The translations under genes and the position numbers were made by a program. Positions 12,589 through 25,536 of a stretch of DNA of 64,000 bases are shown here, piece after piece (within the stretch, counting starts at the first letter, position 1; each line of letters starts with the position of its first letter). The DNA comes from Azolla caroliniana (Eukaryota > Plantae > Polypodiophyta). Below the pieces are notes generated by a model. It was not told the DNA's origin. It was given only the letters and a program-made list of their open reading frames with translations, and did not search any database. The stretch covers positions 744,001 through 808,000 of the forward strand of contig JBHGNT010000002.1 of NCBI GenBank assembly GCA_043228905.1, given 5' to 3'.

Positions 12589-15500
12589 TTATAGTGTTGT
12601 TTGTTGGTGACACTCTTGGGAGGAAAGTCCAAGCTCATAGTCATTGGGATGAATTTCATTTCCAATGCTTTGGTTTGGATACTGATGCAAATGGATGGGA
12701 TGAGGTGTAGGTCTATAAGCTACATCCACATTGTGCATGTTATAATAAAATGTGTTTTGATGATAGGTTTCTTGTGGTCGAACACCCATTGGTCGAGTAG
12801 TACTAGTTGGATCCTGGCTCATGGATTGGTTTCGATAAGATAGAGATGTTGTGTAACGATTCATTGGTTGATCTACCATCCTCATATAAGGTGGTTCACC
12901 TCCTATAGCTACCCTATTAGTGGCATGTGAATTTACGACAGAGTTATCGTGAATAACTGCATGCTGTTGTGATGAAGTACAAGGCATTTCTTGTGAATAC
13001 ACTTGACTAGATGGTGGTTGATGATATGATGCTTGTTGCATTGAAGAAGATGTGCTATTATTTATTAGTGGCTGACTCGAGGAATATGTTATGTAATGAG
13101 GAGCATGGCTAGATATGTTAGTGCCTTCTTGACTAGAAACTACCATTGTGTCTTGAGTTGTAACTTCTTGTAGCAAGGCATACTTCATAATTTCTTGCAC
13201 TCTACTATGACCACAATAAAGACCATCTTCCTCGCCTTTTTTCATGCCTTGAGATTTAGGTCCAACATGATAGGCTTCTTTGCCATCATCATGATCTTTT
13301 CGTTGCATCTCATATTGGATTTTATGGTCGTGGCCAACTAATGCATCATAACAACTAGGAAGGTGGATTCCTGTTGATCCATGGTCGATATTATCCCCGG
13401 AAACATCCAACAAGGATACATGATAATCATAGCTTGCATCATAAATGCCATTCTCAGTGGATATCATCGATCCCGGGCCTTCGATTTTATCACAATTAGT
13501 ACGGCTTCTCTCTTGTAGCTCAAGAAACTCTCTTTTTAGCTTCTCCCTCTCACGGAAGCCACGCTCCACGTAAAGCTGCACGAAAATATATGTGAAAAAG
13601 AAATAACTGAGAATCTCAAAATCAAACTCGTCCTCTTATAACTTGAAAATATGTGAAAACAAACGAAATACTTGAAATTCCAACAAAAACTAACTCCTCT
13701 CTTATGACGTTTAACTCATGAAATGCAAAAAAAAAGCTCACTGCTTTGGCAATGCAAAAAGAAACTTACTGCTTTCTCATCCTCTGGAAGCTTGCTCCAC
13801 ATTTCAATAACCTTCTTACCAAGACCTTTACTTTCGTAATTCAATTCCAATAATCTTGCACGTTGCTCCTTGAGAAAGATATTGTAACCAGTTTTGGTTC
13901 TTCTAGGAGGAGCATTAGCATGATGGCTCTTGCAAGCATGTTGTTTCCTATTTTTGTAAAGCTGAACCTCGGTTTCAACAGGGTCCAAATCTCTTCCCAC
14001 GCCATTAAGTAAGCTTGTGACACTAGCATAATGCTTAACCTTTTCTGTAAGAACATGGTATAAAATTCCCGAAAGCTTTTGGCCATCCACCACTACTGTG
14101 ATGAGATATCCCTCCTCAACCTTCCCATTGATGATGCCCATAGCTGATGCTCCAACAGATGAAGCAGGATCAACTGCAAATGTCTAAGTCTGTTATTTTG
14201 CAATCTTATCAACATAACATTTGTAATATGATCCGAGGTCAATATGTTCCGACAATGGTAAGTATGGTACGTGACTAGATCAAAATTTACCAACATCTGC
14301 TTCAGATGTGACATTTTGTCATGTCAACACCACTAGAGCTAATAGACTAAGATTGCACTGCGAAGAGCCTAGCAAAAGCTTATAACTACTTTATTGTTTC
14401 CTGGTGAATCTTGTTTACTGTTTCAGAATCTTACATACAACCGCTAGTGAAGCTTGCATGCAAGAGAATGATCACCTCCAAAAACCTGCAAGGAATCCAA
14501 TCTTTGCCTTTTCGGTTTTGATTCTGGCATAATTTTCGGTTGGTCTTCGATACATGATGTACCATCGATTGTTGGCCCCATGGCAATATTTGGTGCAGAT
14601 AGTGGCTCTATACAAAATAATGTATAAGCAATAGTTTGCAAAAATATCCGAAAATGAACAAAGATTACAGAGAGGTGGAGCCTAGCATACCAAGAGGAAG
14701 CCGAATCTTCCCTTCATTCCGATGATAGTATACATGTTCGTAGTGGAATAGAAGATTCATGTAGTGTTTGCGGATAACAAATGAAGCATTGGTCCAATGC
14801 ACGTTTATGTTCATGGCATCGATGATCTCCTTCCATTGCGCATTTCGTATGACCTATAAGAAAACCATATTCAAAAAAATACCTTTATAACTAGACATCA
14901 GGCTAATTTTTCCCATATCATTCTCATCTTTGCCTTCACCTTTCTTTTCAGTGACAATAATAATATAAAAACCTAGGAGGAAAACAGTGCAAGTTCTATA
15001 TATAGTCCATGAAAGACAAAAATAATGCAGACAACCAAACACTCCTGAAATGTTTCCATAGCATTTGAAACGAGAATAACCTGTTCAATTCCACCCCGTA
15101 CAGTAACTTCGCAATACATCTCATGGAGATTCAAATCATTGCCCTCTAATTTTGGAATCCTACAAAACACAAGAAGCAAAATCGGGAAAACTTTCAAAGA
15201 TTAAGCAAATTTGCTGTGTTTTGTTATGTTCATGAAGCCAATCCAAAATAAAATTTAATTTTCACAATTTAATGTTACAGAAAAACTCCAAAACACCCCA
15301 GAGTTCTCTTTATTTCCCCAAAATGTGCCGGGTCGGCCCCTCGACAAGAGAAGAAGGGCATGGAATTGACAATTTGTAATTGCCCAAACAGCACCAACAG
15401 CGGTTGAGAAAAAAGGGACGAAGATTGACCAAATACAATTTCTCGAACAAACACATATCCTTGCTCGAGGGGGGATCACGAGAGAGCATAACGAAATCTT

Positions 15501-15953
15501 AGGGGGCAGCCACGGCGAAATGAAGAAGAACTTGGGGGGTATTTTGGAGTCCTTCTCCTCATCAAAAGGTAGCAGCTGAATAAGACTGGAAACTTACACT
15601 AGCTCGACCCCGAGGGCAGTGAGAAGGTCGTTCAAAGTAGTGAAGAACAGAGACTTGTCTCTTACAACTTCTTGGTGGGTAGAACATGGCAGAGGATAAG
15701 TTTGCTCGTGATTCTGTTGTTGGATGAGAGAGACAGGGAGTACTGGTTGGAGCTGCTTCTTTGATACAACATTCTCGACAGTATGCTCTGCTACTATCTC
15801 ATCACTAGCTGTGCCATGGCTGGGCACCGCCATGCATTTGCTAATACGATCATTCTGACCCATAACGTCCATCCCTAGGATGTAACCAAGATCCGTGGGA
15901 ACAGAAAGATTCACCTTCTCTGTTGGGAGAGAGAGATTCTCACTCGACCTCAT
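12589..15953 (-). CDS. ARID + HMG-box protein (HMGB9/10/15-like), 6 coding exons
   Basis: Exons ~15953-15598, 15159-15081 (IPKLEGNDLNLHEMYCEVTVRGGIEQ), 14853-14691 (VIRNAQWKEI...TNASFVIRKHYMNLLFHYE), 14607-14476, 14173-13770 (GIINGKVEEGYLITV...; HMG box PPRRTKTGYNIF...WSKLPEDEK) and 13575-12589. Splice phases are consistent. The start codon is uncertain. Confidence 0.88.
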
Positions 15954-18900
15954 GCCCTTGGAGAAACAGGGCTGCCAAATGTGTCGCAGAACCAAATGCA
16001 GGCAAGCTCAGCAAAGAGGTAGCAAGTAAGACAGGAATGATCTGGAGGGGAGACAAATGCATTAAATTGGGGAGAGAATATTCTGTTATGTTTAAGGAAG
16101 CAGAATATTCATTCTGTCTGTCACAGGGGTTCGTTTTGTCAAGTGAATGAATCTCAACTAAGCTCATACATTTCTATTGGCTTGATATGTATACCGTATC
16201 GTATGTATACACATTTAGCATTGTACACACATGCATTATACATATAAAATGCACATAACATACATATATATCAGCATTGTACTAAGGAACAAGAAGAAAA
16301 AGATATTGGTGCCATATGGCGATCTAATATAGTTAATAATCATAGCTATTCCTAGAGTGTTACCTATTGCCCTCATTCTGAGATCATGGGTGATAATGGA
16401 AGTTGTTTAGTTCATGGTTTCATTGGTGGCACTTTTGTCAAACATTGGGTCTCTTTGAGCTTGCATTCACGTGCTTGGTTCAAATAGATTAGAACAATCC
16501 ATGACCCAACTTGCCTCTTAGGTAGATCAAGAAATAGGTGGAGTCAACTTCGGCATTGAGGGTGTATGTGTGACTCGTTCATTGGTCATGTTCATGAGCC
16601 AACCTGCCAATATATCGGGGTGGAATAGAGCATGTCAAGGGAGAGACGTGAACTTATACATATGTGAAAACAATCACAACTTTATCTTTTTCGATTTAAC
16701 ACTTCAGTTCTACCTCCCCTAAACCTTAGTTTTATTTTTTCATAGTTCAAAACTTAGAAGGTGCTTAGTGCCTTTCAAGCGTTTGTCTCGGCATCAAGTA
16801 GAACATTAGCGATCTTGTACGATAAAACATTGCCTTTGTAATGATGCATCCGACAAAACACCACATCACCTAGAGCCATGGGTTCCAACATTCTGCAAAA
16901 GTTGTCTAATGGGATGATCATCAACTTGTGTGTATGTTTGTGTGTGTCTAATGTAACATCCCTTATATTATGAAAGTTTTTCTCTTGATTTTGGACATTT
17001 TATGTATTTTATTGTTCCCAATGCCCATACCTAAATGTCGTCCATCGTGATAGTAACAAGTCCCAACCCAAGGATTATCACTCACTAACTTTCATGCAAG
17101 ATTATACTTGCAATTGGGAATTGATTTGATTCATATAGACCGTCTCGTTCAAATCAAAGCCTTCCATATCTTTCTCTTTGAGGTGTGAGCTTTGCTCACC
17201 TTCTTGTTTATTAAATTGTAAAATAATCGGAATCCATATTGGGCACAAAGAGGATCAATTATTTTTGTCCCAGATTAAAAATACGTCAATTATTATAATC
17301 GAGGGTAATCTTCATTCCTTGGGTTGTGAAAAGTAATACTGCAGAGTTGTGTATTTCCGAGAAAATGGCTTGTGTGTGGATGATCCCAAACTAAAAACAT
17401 GAAAGTGTTTTTATAATGGCTCCAATGTTAGACACATTGCGTGAGATGAGCTCGAAACTTAGGCTATAAACCAAGTGGTTGACCAAGTCTTCACCTAAGG
17501 CCAATACTGGAAATTATAGATGATCTATTCATTAACCAATAATGGGTCAAATTATAGATGTGCAATCTGCGTTTGCGAAACCCACAAAATAAATGTTTAG
17601 TTCAACATGCTAAATTATGAAGACGAGATTAACGTGAACACTTTGATATTCCAAATTATCTAGCATGTGATTGAAATTTGCATATTCATTTCAATTTACA
17701 AATCTCGCGATCTATGTTTGTGTGCCTCTTATTGATCTCTCTCTCTCTCTCTGGTAAACTCATTTGGTGTGTATATCTACTACCCACAATCTTCTTCCTT
17801 CCTTTTTACCTCCACCTCTTTCCGCCATGTTAACCTACTATTGTTACACAAATTCTTAGCATTCCTTGCATGTGTACTACTCTTGTTCCTAACACTTGTA
17901 CTACTGTTGTTTGCCCCTTCATCTTTCATTGCATGTGTACCTTTCTTACTCCTAACATATGTACTATAGTTGGTCACAACTCCCCATATTATGATGTGGG
18001 GTTTGAAATATGAATAAACTATGTTAGTGTCTAACAACAATATGTCAAATATTGATATGTGTATCATAACTTCTTGCTTTCATTTACATCCACACATGCA
18101 TACTTTACTAGACTTCTAAATTTTGGACTTTTGATAACATTGCTTAGGATGAATGGGTTGAGTCATTAATACTACAAAAAAACCCCTTAGTTATCCGTAT
18201 GAATGCACTTTTAGTAATAGAAAGGGAAGCAAGCAATTCAAATTGATTAACTTTCACTAAGAACTTAAGTGTGTCAACATATTGATTTCATGCCATTGCA
18301 ATAATTTCACAAATTTTCATGACAATTCAATTATGGGCGTTCGAAGTTTAAATCCCTTTTCTATTTTCTTAATCTATGGGGAAGTGCTATTGATTTGGAG
18401 TTTGTGGTGTCACATATGATATGCCTCTTTGTCTAATCATATCCCGTTGTCTAGTATGCGTGAAATAACATGAAAACATTATTAATATTTATGCATAATT
18501 CTTTTAGAAGATTGTCTTATATGAAATAGGTCCTTCAACAACTACTTTAGACTTGTTTGCTAATATGTGACTACAAGAAAAACACTTAAAAAATAATAAA
18601 TTAGGGATTGCATTCAAGGTTTTATAACTCATACAATTACAACGATATTATTTGTTTTCTTATCATAGTTTGTATTAGTTTTATATCTTAGGTAGGATGG
18701 CAACATTAGATTGTTCAACAATCATATATGTATGCTTTTGGAGGTTTGAAGTGGTGTTATGAAATATGTAGTTATCCAGTAAAGATGAATGGAACCACTA
18801 AGGACTGAGGAAGTGGAAAGATGCTAAAATGACAAAATTAGAATATTACATTGCAAACATCAATCCTGAATATTGTGTTCTATATAAGGCAAAAAGGCCT

Positions 18901-19179
18901 ATTGATAATATTCAACCTCAGCCTATTACTAACATGATCCCTGACACTAGACAAAATGTAGAGAACATTTGATATATCTTATTAAATCCATAAGAATATG
19001 CTCGTTGATTTTATATGCATATAGAAATCATAGGCTTCTTGGTGGGCTTGATTTTTATTTATTTTTTAGACCCCATAAGCACAAATGGTGGAAATTTTAT
19101 ATTTTTCGTTTTAGGGAAAAACTGATGTATTCCCCCCCCCCCCCCCCCCCCCCCCACGCTAGATTTTCATTGTTTCTAA

Positions 19180-19485
19180 GTCGAACCATTTGAAAAAAAA
19201 TCCAAAGCATTAAACCATTGAACCATTAAAATCGTGGTTTTGTGGTTCGGTTTCGGGTTTCAACTTAGGTCAAAATTCAAAATTTAATTTTTCAAAATTT
19301 TAAAGATTTATCCTAAAATGTGAGAATTAGGTTTAAAAATGAAAAGGTTGTTTAAAATATATATTTAAGAAACATCAAACCGTTTAAACCACGGTTTCTA
19401 ACCCTTGAAACCTAACCAAACCTTTTAAATTGCTAAGCCATTAAGCCACGGTTTTGTAGTTCAATTCGGTTCAAACCGAATTGTT
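19180..19485. mobile_element. Degenerate DNA-transposon remnant with AAACC(G)/(C)GGTTT subterminal motifs
   Basis: Clustered AAACC, GGTTCGGTTT and AAACCGAA motifs on both strands, typical of plant hAT-type subtermini. No clear TIR or TSD. Confidence 0.35.
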
Positions 19486-20370
19486 GCCGATTGTTAGAGA
19501 CAACAACAAAAACTTTGGGGCATTTTGGTAAACAACAAAAAGATCTAGGGTATTTATCCTATAATTTCTTTTTAATTGGCTAAAAGACATGATATGTCAT
19601 GCTTGTACAACTTCTTACATAAGGACTTCTAAGAACAATGTTAATTGAACGGATTGCAAGCCCACATTGGATAAGGAATTATGGTGTTATGCTAATGCTT
19701 CTCCACAACATAAAATTGGTTAGAATGTTCTCATTTTGAAGATCTTGCACCACATAAGGTGGACCTTTGGATACATAAGTCGAACAATGATATCATTGAC
19801 TTGAGTTATAATCGATCTAAGTCAAAACTATCGAAAATATCCGTGGGGTAGGGGGCTTCAAGGATTAGAGTACATTAAGAAACAATTTAACAAGCATTAG
19901 GATTCCTTCAAATTTCCAACAATGGCAATAAAAAATACATTGGAAATTGATATATTAATAGAGTTATTTTTTGAGCTCATAAGAAGTACGAATACACACC
20001 CATAAAGAAGTCGTGTTCAATATAATAAGTTAATCAGCTAGTTACAGATGAATGTATTTCCATTCCAGGAATTCCCTTTTCAAAGAGAACTTCAAGCAAA
20101 GGTTTGTGAAATCATAACCTCACAATCAGATTCAAAATAGGATTAAAACAACACGCGTGTTTTATCATTATAATGCATAAACGAATAAGATCCCAAATTC
20201 TATGAATAAGAACAAATTGTGGGAAAAACCAAAACCTGCACTTGATTTAGAAGATATATTAATTAGATAGTTTGGGTTTAGGGATTGGGACGCCATAGAC
20301 AAATGGTTATATATACATCTTAGAATGAGGTGAACATCCACTATAATACATCAAGATTCTTTTGGCAAGT

Positions 20371-22615
20371 TCAGACTAAATCTATCTGCCGTGGCCTCGT
20401 CTTTCCAAGTTTCAACTTTGATACATAGTCTTTGCATTCTTCAAGAACAACACTAGTCAAAAGTAACCCAGCTGTGGTTGCTGATAGCATCAACATAGCA
20501 AAAACTGAATTCCACCCACATTTGGATAGATATCCAGTTAACAATGGGCCTATGGCCGCCCCAATTGAACCAGTTCCATCTATAATAGCAGTGACAGTAG
20601 CCATAGCTCTACCATTTCCTTTGAGAGAACCATGAGATCCAAGATCAGCTGAAACTGCAGTGGTTATAAGAGCATAGGGTCCATTTACAAAAAATCCCGC
20701 TAAAAACAATAACCCCATGTTTAGCCATAGTGTCACTCCACCATATACTCTATAGAGTAGAAGAGACGGTAGTGATGCATATATAAAAGAGGCAGCTACA
20801 ATGCCTCTTGCATTGAGTTTATCCGATAGATATCCAGCAAAAATTCCACCTAAAGTGCCCCCAATGTCAAAGATAGTGGAGAGGTTCCCGGCTGTTGTAT
20901 CAGACAAATATTCACCTTGTATCTCTATTAAGCATTCAATGACAACATAAAACGTTTGAATCATTTATGTATACAGCAAACATGTATCTTTTATATGAAA
21001 TTCTATAGATAATGATTGATGGTTAGAACAGAGAGCTTATGATATGTATCTCTCTGTGCACATCCAGATGATTGATGCTTAGAACAAATGGCATATGATA
21101 CATATCCCTATATACATCCCGAGACCACAAGACTATTGGTATGACTAGCACATCCAAAAACCATAAAATGATTGATGTTTATGACTAGCATATGATATGC
21201 ATTTCTATAGTCTATACATGTCGGAATTGCAGAAAATGATTGTTGTTAACAAATGGAATACAATATCACTCTTCATGGAAGCAAAGAAGAGAAAATCAAA
21301 ACATACCTGTATGCCGGATGTAAAATGGCAACCAATAAAGGAATGTGTAAGCCACGAGCTTCGAGAAGAAGAGACAAAATGCAAATGAAGACACCCTGGG
21401 GATGGCCCAAGCCTCCACAAAGCCAATAGCTATGGCATGTCTGTCACCATCAGATTCTTCTTCTCTCGTTAATTTAAATTCATTGTCAAGAAGGGGCAAT
21501 TTCAATCTCTTCTCAGAGACATCATCTGTACTCATCTTTTTCCATTCTACAGTGGGCATATTATCCCCTTCTTCCTCATAGGACGAGGAAAATCCAGCAA
21601 TCTCGGGTGTGACAACAACAAAAAGGAACACAACACCGCCTCCGACTGCAATGGCAACTCCAGGAACCAAAAAAGACCATCCCCAACCATATCTTAGCAC
21701 TTGAGAAGCTACCAAAGTTCCAAATATATTGCCAACTGAAGTGTGAGCATTCCAGACTCCCATGATGAGTCCACGCTTACTTTTTCCAAACCAATTCCCA
21801 ACAATGGTGACCACAGACGGCCACCCAGAGGCTTGGAAAAGGCCACCCATCATTTGAACCATGAAGAAATAACCTAACCAATGGATATTCCACCAATAGG
21901 CCAACCCGAAAAGCATAACACAAATGCCACTTCCTACCATACCAACAGAAAGGAATGTCCTTAAACATAAACGGTCGCCCATATGGCCGGCCAAAAACAT
22001 ACCTATTGCATATGCTGCTAAGAATGCCACGTCCACTTCTCCAAGCAAAGAAGGTCCCATATGCCCATCAAAAGGAGGCCAACCCTTTCGCAAATCTTGC
22101 TTTCTTTGGTCTTGTACATGACCACAAGGGATCTTCCTTATGTAAATAACACTTAAAGGCCAACTAAAACGCCTCGAAGTGATGTTGTTAGATGCTAATT
22201 GATTATCACAGGATACCGAAGTTATGTTGTTACATGCTAATTCATAGTCATGTGATGTCAAAGTTATGCTGTTATATGCAGAACCAGGAGCTAAAGTTCT
22301 GTTGTTATATGCTAGGACATCATCATTTGAAGTGAGGCCATTCTTGGCTACGTTGGGTGGCAGATTCCTTGCGTGGATTACACTTAAGGGCCAACTATAA
22401 GGTATTATAGCGATGTCATTGTATATTAAATCATCATTATCTGAACTTAGGGCATTCTTGACTATGCTAGGTGGCTTTCTGGACGCATGATAAAGGGCAT
22501 AAGCTATGAATGTAAGGATGAGAACAGAGGTCCTATAAGCTTGGAAACTGAATACTGAATTCGGCCAAATCTTACCTAGCAATTTCCAGCCTAAAGGGAG
22601 TCTAGAGTTGGCCAT
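20371..22615 (-). CDS. Glycerol-3-phosphate permease / SLC37-type MFS transporter, 2 exons
   Basis: Exons 22615-21307 and 20924-20371 (join [10 protein letters not shown]). Motifs include [79 protein letters not shown] and [19 protein letters not shown]. Confidence 0.95.
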
Positions 22616-23335
22616 ATCATAACATATTATATGAAGGATTACATAAGGTCAGATCATATCATTGTACTGCAGAATCACAAGGTCATATCAGATCATTATG
22701 TGATGGATTACAGTGGCATACGATATCCCTTTACAAGGTTATACGAGATCCTTACATAAGGTCATATGAGATCATTATATAAATTCATATCGGATCACAA
22801 TCTGAACAATTGCACAATGCGATATCAGACGATGATATGAACTATTACAAGGTCATTATCATATCATATCAGTGACTTCTGCATTGACGAGATTGACGGC
22901 TTTCTTTGGAATCACAATGAAAGAATCATGAGCTCGTCGTATGTACTATGAAGAACGGCAAGAGAGATTTTTCTGAGGATTTCCAGAAATGTTCTTTTTT
23001 AGGAGGTTTTCTGAACAGTGAATGATCTTCCTAGGGTTCTAATTTTTTCTCTGTGAAAATGGTGAGCTTTTGAATGAAGGGAATAGTAGAGAGACGAGGA
23101 TGTGAAAATAAAAAGAAAAAACCAACCTTGAAACGAGGAAGGCTATGGTAGAACTTGGAATCCTTTGAATCAGAGCTCTCTGTTTCTGTGTATAGACGTT
23201 CTTCTTCTTTTCTACCGTGTCTTTGGGGGGGGGGGGGGGGGGAGAGGGGAAGTGCCATCTTTCTTCATACTTTGTAGTGTTTTTGTTTCTTTTATTTATC
23301 TACATAATGGATTCTTCTTCTTTGCCTCCGGTTGT

Positions 23336-23415
23336 TATACATACATGCGTACATGCGTACGTACGTACATACATACACGTACACGTACACACACATATAC
23401 ATACATACATACATG
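23336..23415. repeat. 80-bp alternating purine-pyrimidine tract (TACA/CGTA/CA)
   Basis: Strict Y-R alternation from TATACATACATGCGTAC to ACATG, located upstream of the transporter gene. Confidence 0.85.
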
Positions 23416-25536
23416 GGTCGTGTGTTGTGTGTCGCTTATGTTCAGACGGGCTTCTTACCTTGCTCGTTCATCAAATGAACTTCAATTGGCTCAAACTAGT
23501 TGGAGCCCGACGTGATTGACCCCGTGCCATGAGCACTTTGCTATATGATTGACCTCTTGCATTGACCACTATTACCCCGATAGCTCAATTCAAGTCTATC
23601 AAAGTAGACACCAACTTCATTCACTGCCATGAACATCTAGCTTTTCTGACTTGTAAAAGACACCTTAGCCATATATTTTTTCATGTTATTTATGACCTTC
23701 TGACTTTTGTCGCTACTACATAGGGCAAGGCTTTGGATTATGTTAACCAATTTATAGCCGAAAGAAATTTCACTTCAGAAGTGTTCAGTGTTTTTGACGC
23801 AATGTTCATGTTATTGTGTTACTTCTTGTGTTTTAAAATGAGCTTTGTCAACATTTTTAAGTCTAGAGTCCTTCTTACAAACCTTGATCAAACAAAAGCC
23901 CAATATGGGTTGATGCAACGAGCCCAAATTTCTTAACATTGAATTGTTTGATGGTGTGTACGGGTTTTTCCTACCCATAGAGCCATTGGAACTCTAATTT
24001 ATAGTTACATTGATTGTAATATGAGCCCTTCTTACAAACTCAATCAAACAAAGCTTGACTTGGGTTGATGCTACAAGCATCTATCCTTCCAATGGCTCAT
24101 ATCAAGAACTTGGAACTTAATGCTTGCAAATTGAGTTCCATGATGTAAATTTATGAAAAAACATGACAAAAATGTAAATTGTTGTCTGGTCCATTGCAAC
24201 ATGCACTCATTTCAATTACATACAATTAAAGCATCATGGACATTAAATTCTAAGTGCTCTAATCAATTGTCTTTCATCTATTCATTAGAAACAAATTTGA
24301 AGAGGGAACCTCGAGACTTGCAACATCATTATCATTAATTAGTTTTATGTCAACAAGGAAGAAGCACACAGTAACTCATGAAAATAACCCCAATAACACA
24401 TCATTCTTGCAAAATTAGAATGCAATGTTGTGTTGTGCAGAAGTCAACATCTCATTCATATATTAACAAGGCTTGATATTGTGTTAACATGATGTAGAAG
24501 AAAATATCCCGCTTTAAAATATGAAGGATAATGTAGAAGAAAACAAGACATGACATGCATATGACACGTATGATGTCAAGGACACAATCTATGCATAATA
24601 TGATTATTGTTATCTATGATAATAATAATCACAATTTGTGAGTTTAATCGTTTCTCGATGTGAGGACAAGATCCAAAGCTAGTGTTGTGAATAATTTATA
24701 ACTACCTATGAGAAAAAAAAGGTACATCGTTTCAATAGAAAATCTTATATGGTGCTTTGCCCGCAAATATGAAGTCCAAGCAAACCATGTCTTGTCGGCT
24801 GAAGTTATAGGACTAAATAGTAAAGAGAAGGACAAAACCTACGAGGAAGTTTAAAGAAACAAAAAGGCAAGTAGCCCAATAAGAATGGCACCAGAGCCTC
24901 GAGGATGGAGACTTGCAATCAAGATGTTGTTCCAACCCCTATAGATCTCAGAATAGTCACATGCATCAAATAACCAAAGCCAAGCTAGGCAACTCATGTC
25001 AAAAGAGCCAAATAACCAAGCCAAGCTAGGGAAACTCATGTTGAATGGGTTCCTGAATCAAACGCATGACTTGCAAGCCAGAGCTTCCCTATTGTATTAA
25101 ATAGTTACACGGATCAAATAACCAAGCCAAGCTAGGGAGCTCAAGAGTCATTGAATTAGAAGCATGATTTGCGAGCAAGATATTGACGATTGCCCAATCA
25201 TGTATGGAGTGTGGAGGTTTTTGAGCCTAAGAGCAATTAGTGTGGAACCAAATCTAAGGGCTAACAACGGACAAATGGGTTTGGAAACCGAATTAACGAG
25301 CGTCGGAATGGGGGCCGGGCCTATATTACAAGTCGTCGAGTCCGTCTGAAAAGGTTTTCAAATTTCAAGCGATGAGGCTCACCTCCTTCTGCAATTCCTG
25401 ATTAAATGCGAGGGGCATTTCTACAGTTCTGCAAACACAACAGGGAATCGTTTAAAGTTCCGCGGCAGCAGCAGACGAAGAAGCGGCAATTCTCCGTCCT
25501 TCTGCCGTCCCGTATTCATTCTTCTTTGCTGAATCG

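Noticed and set aside
15940-16167. 75-aa ORF overlapping the ARID-HMG 5' end in another frame
   Set aside because: It could be a uORF, but the TSS and true start are unknown and it has no motif.
16940-18070. Degenerate ~66-bp repeats and ORF 17780-18067
   Set aside because: Possibly a TE remnant, but no termini or domain are identifiable.
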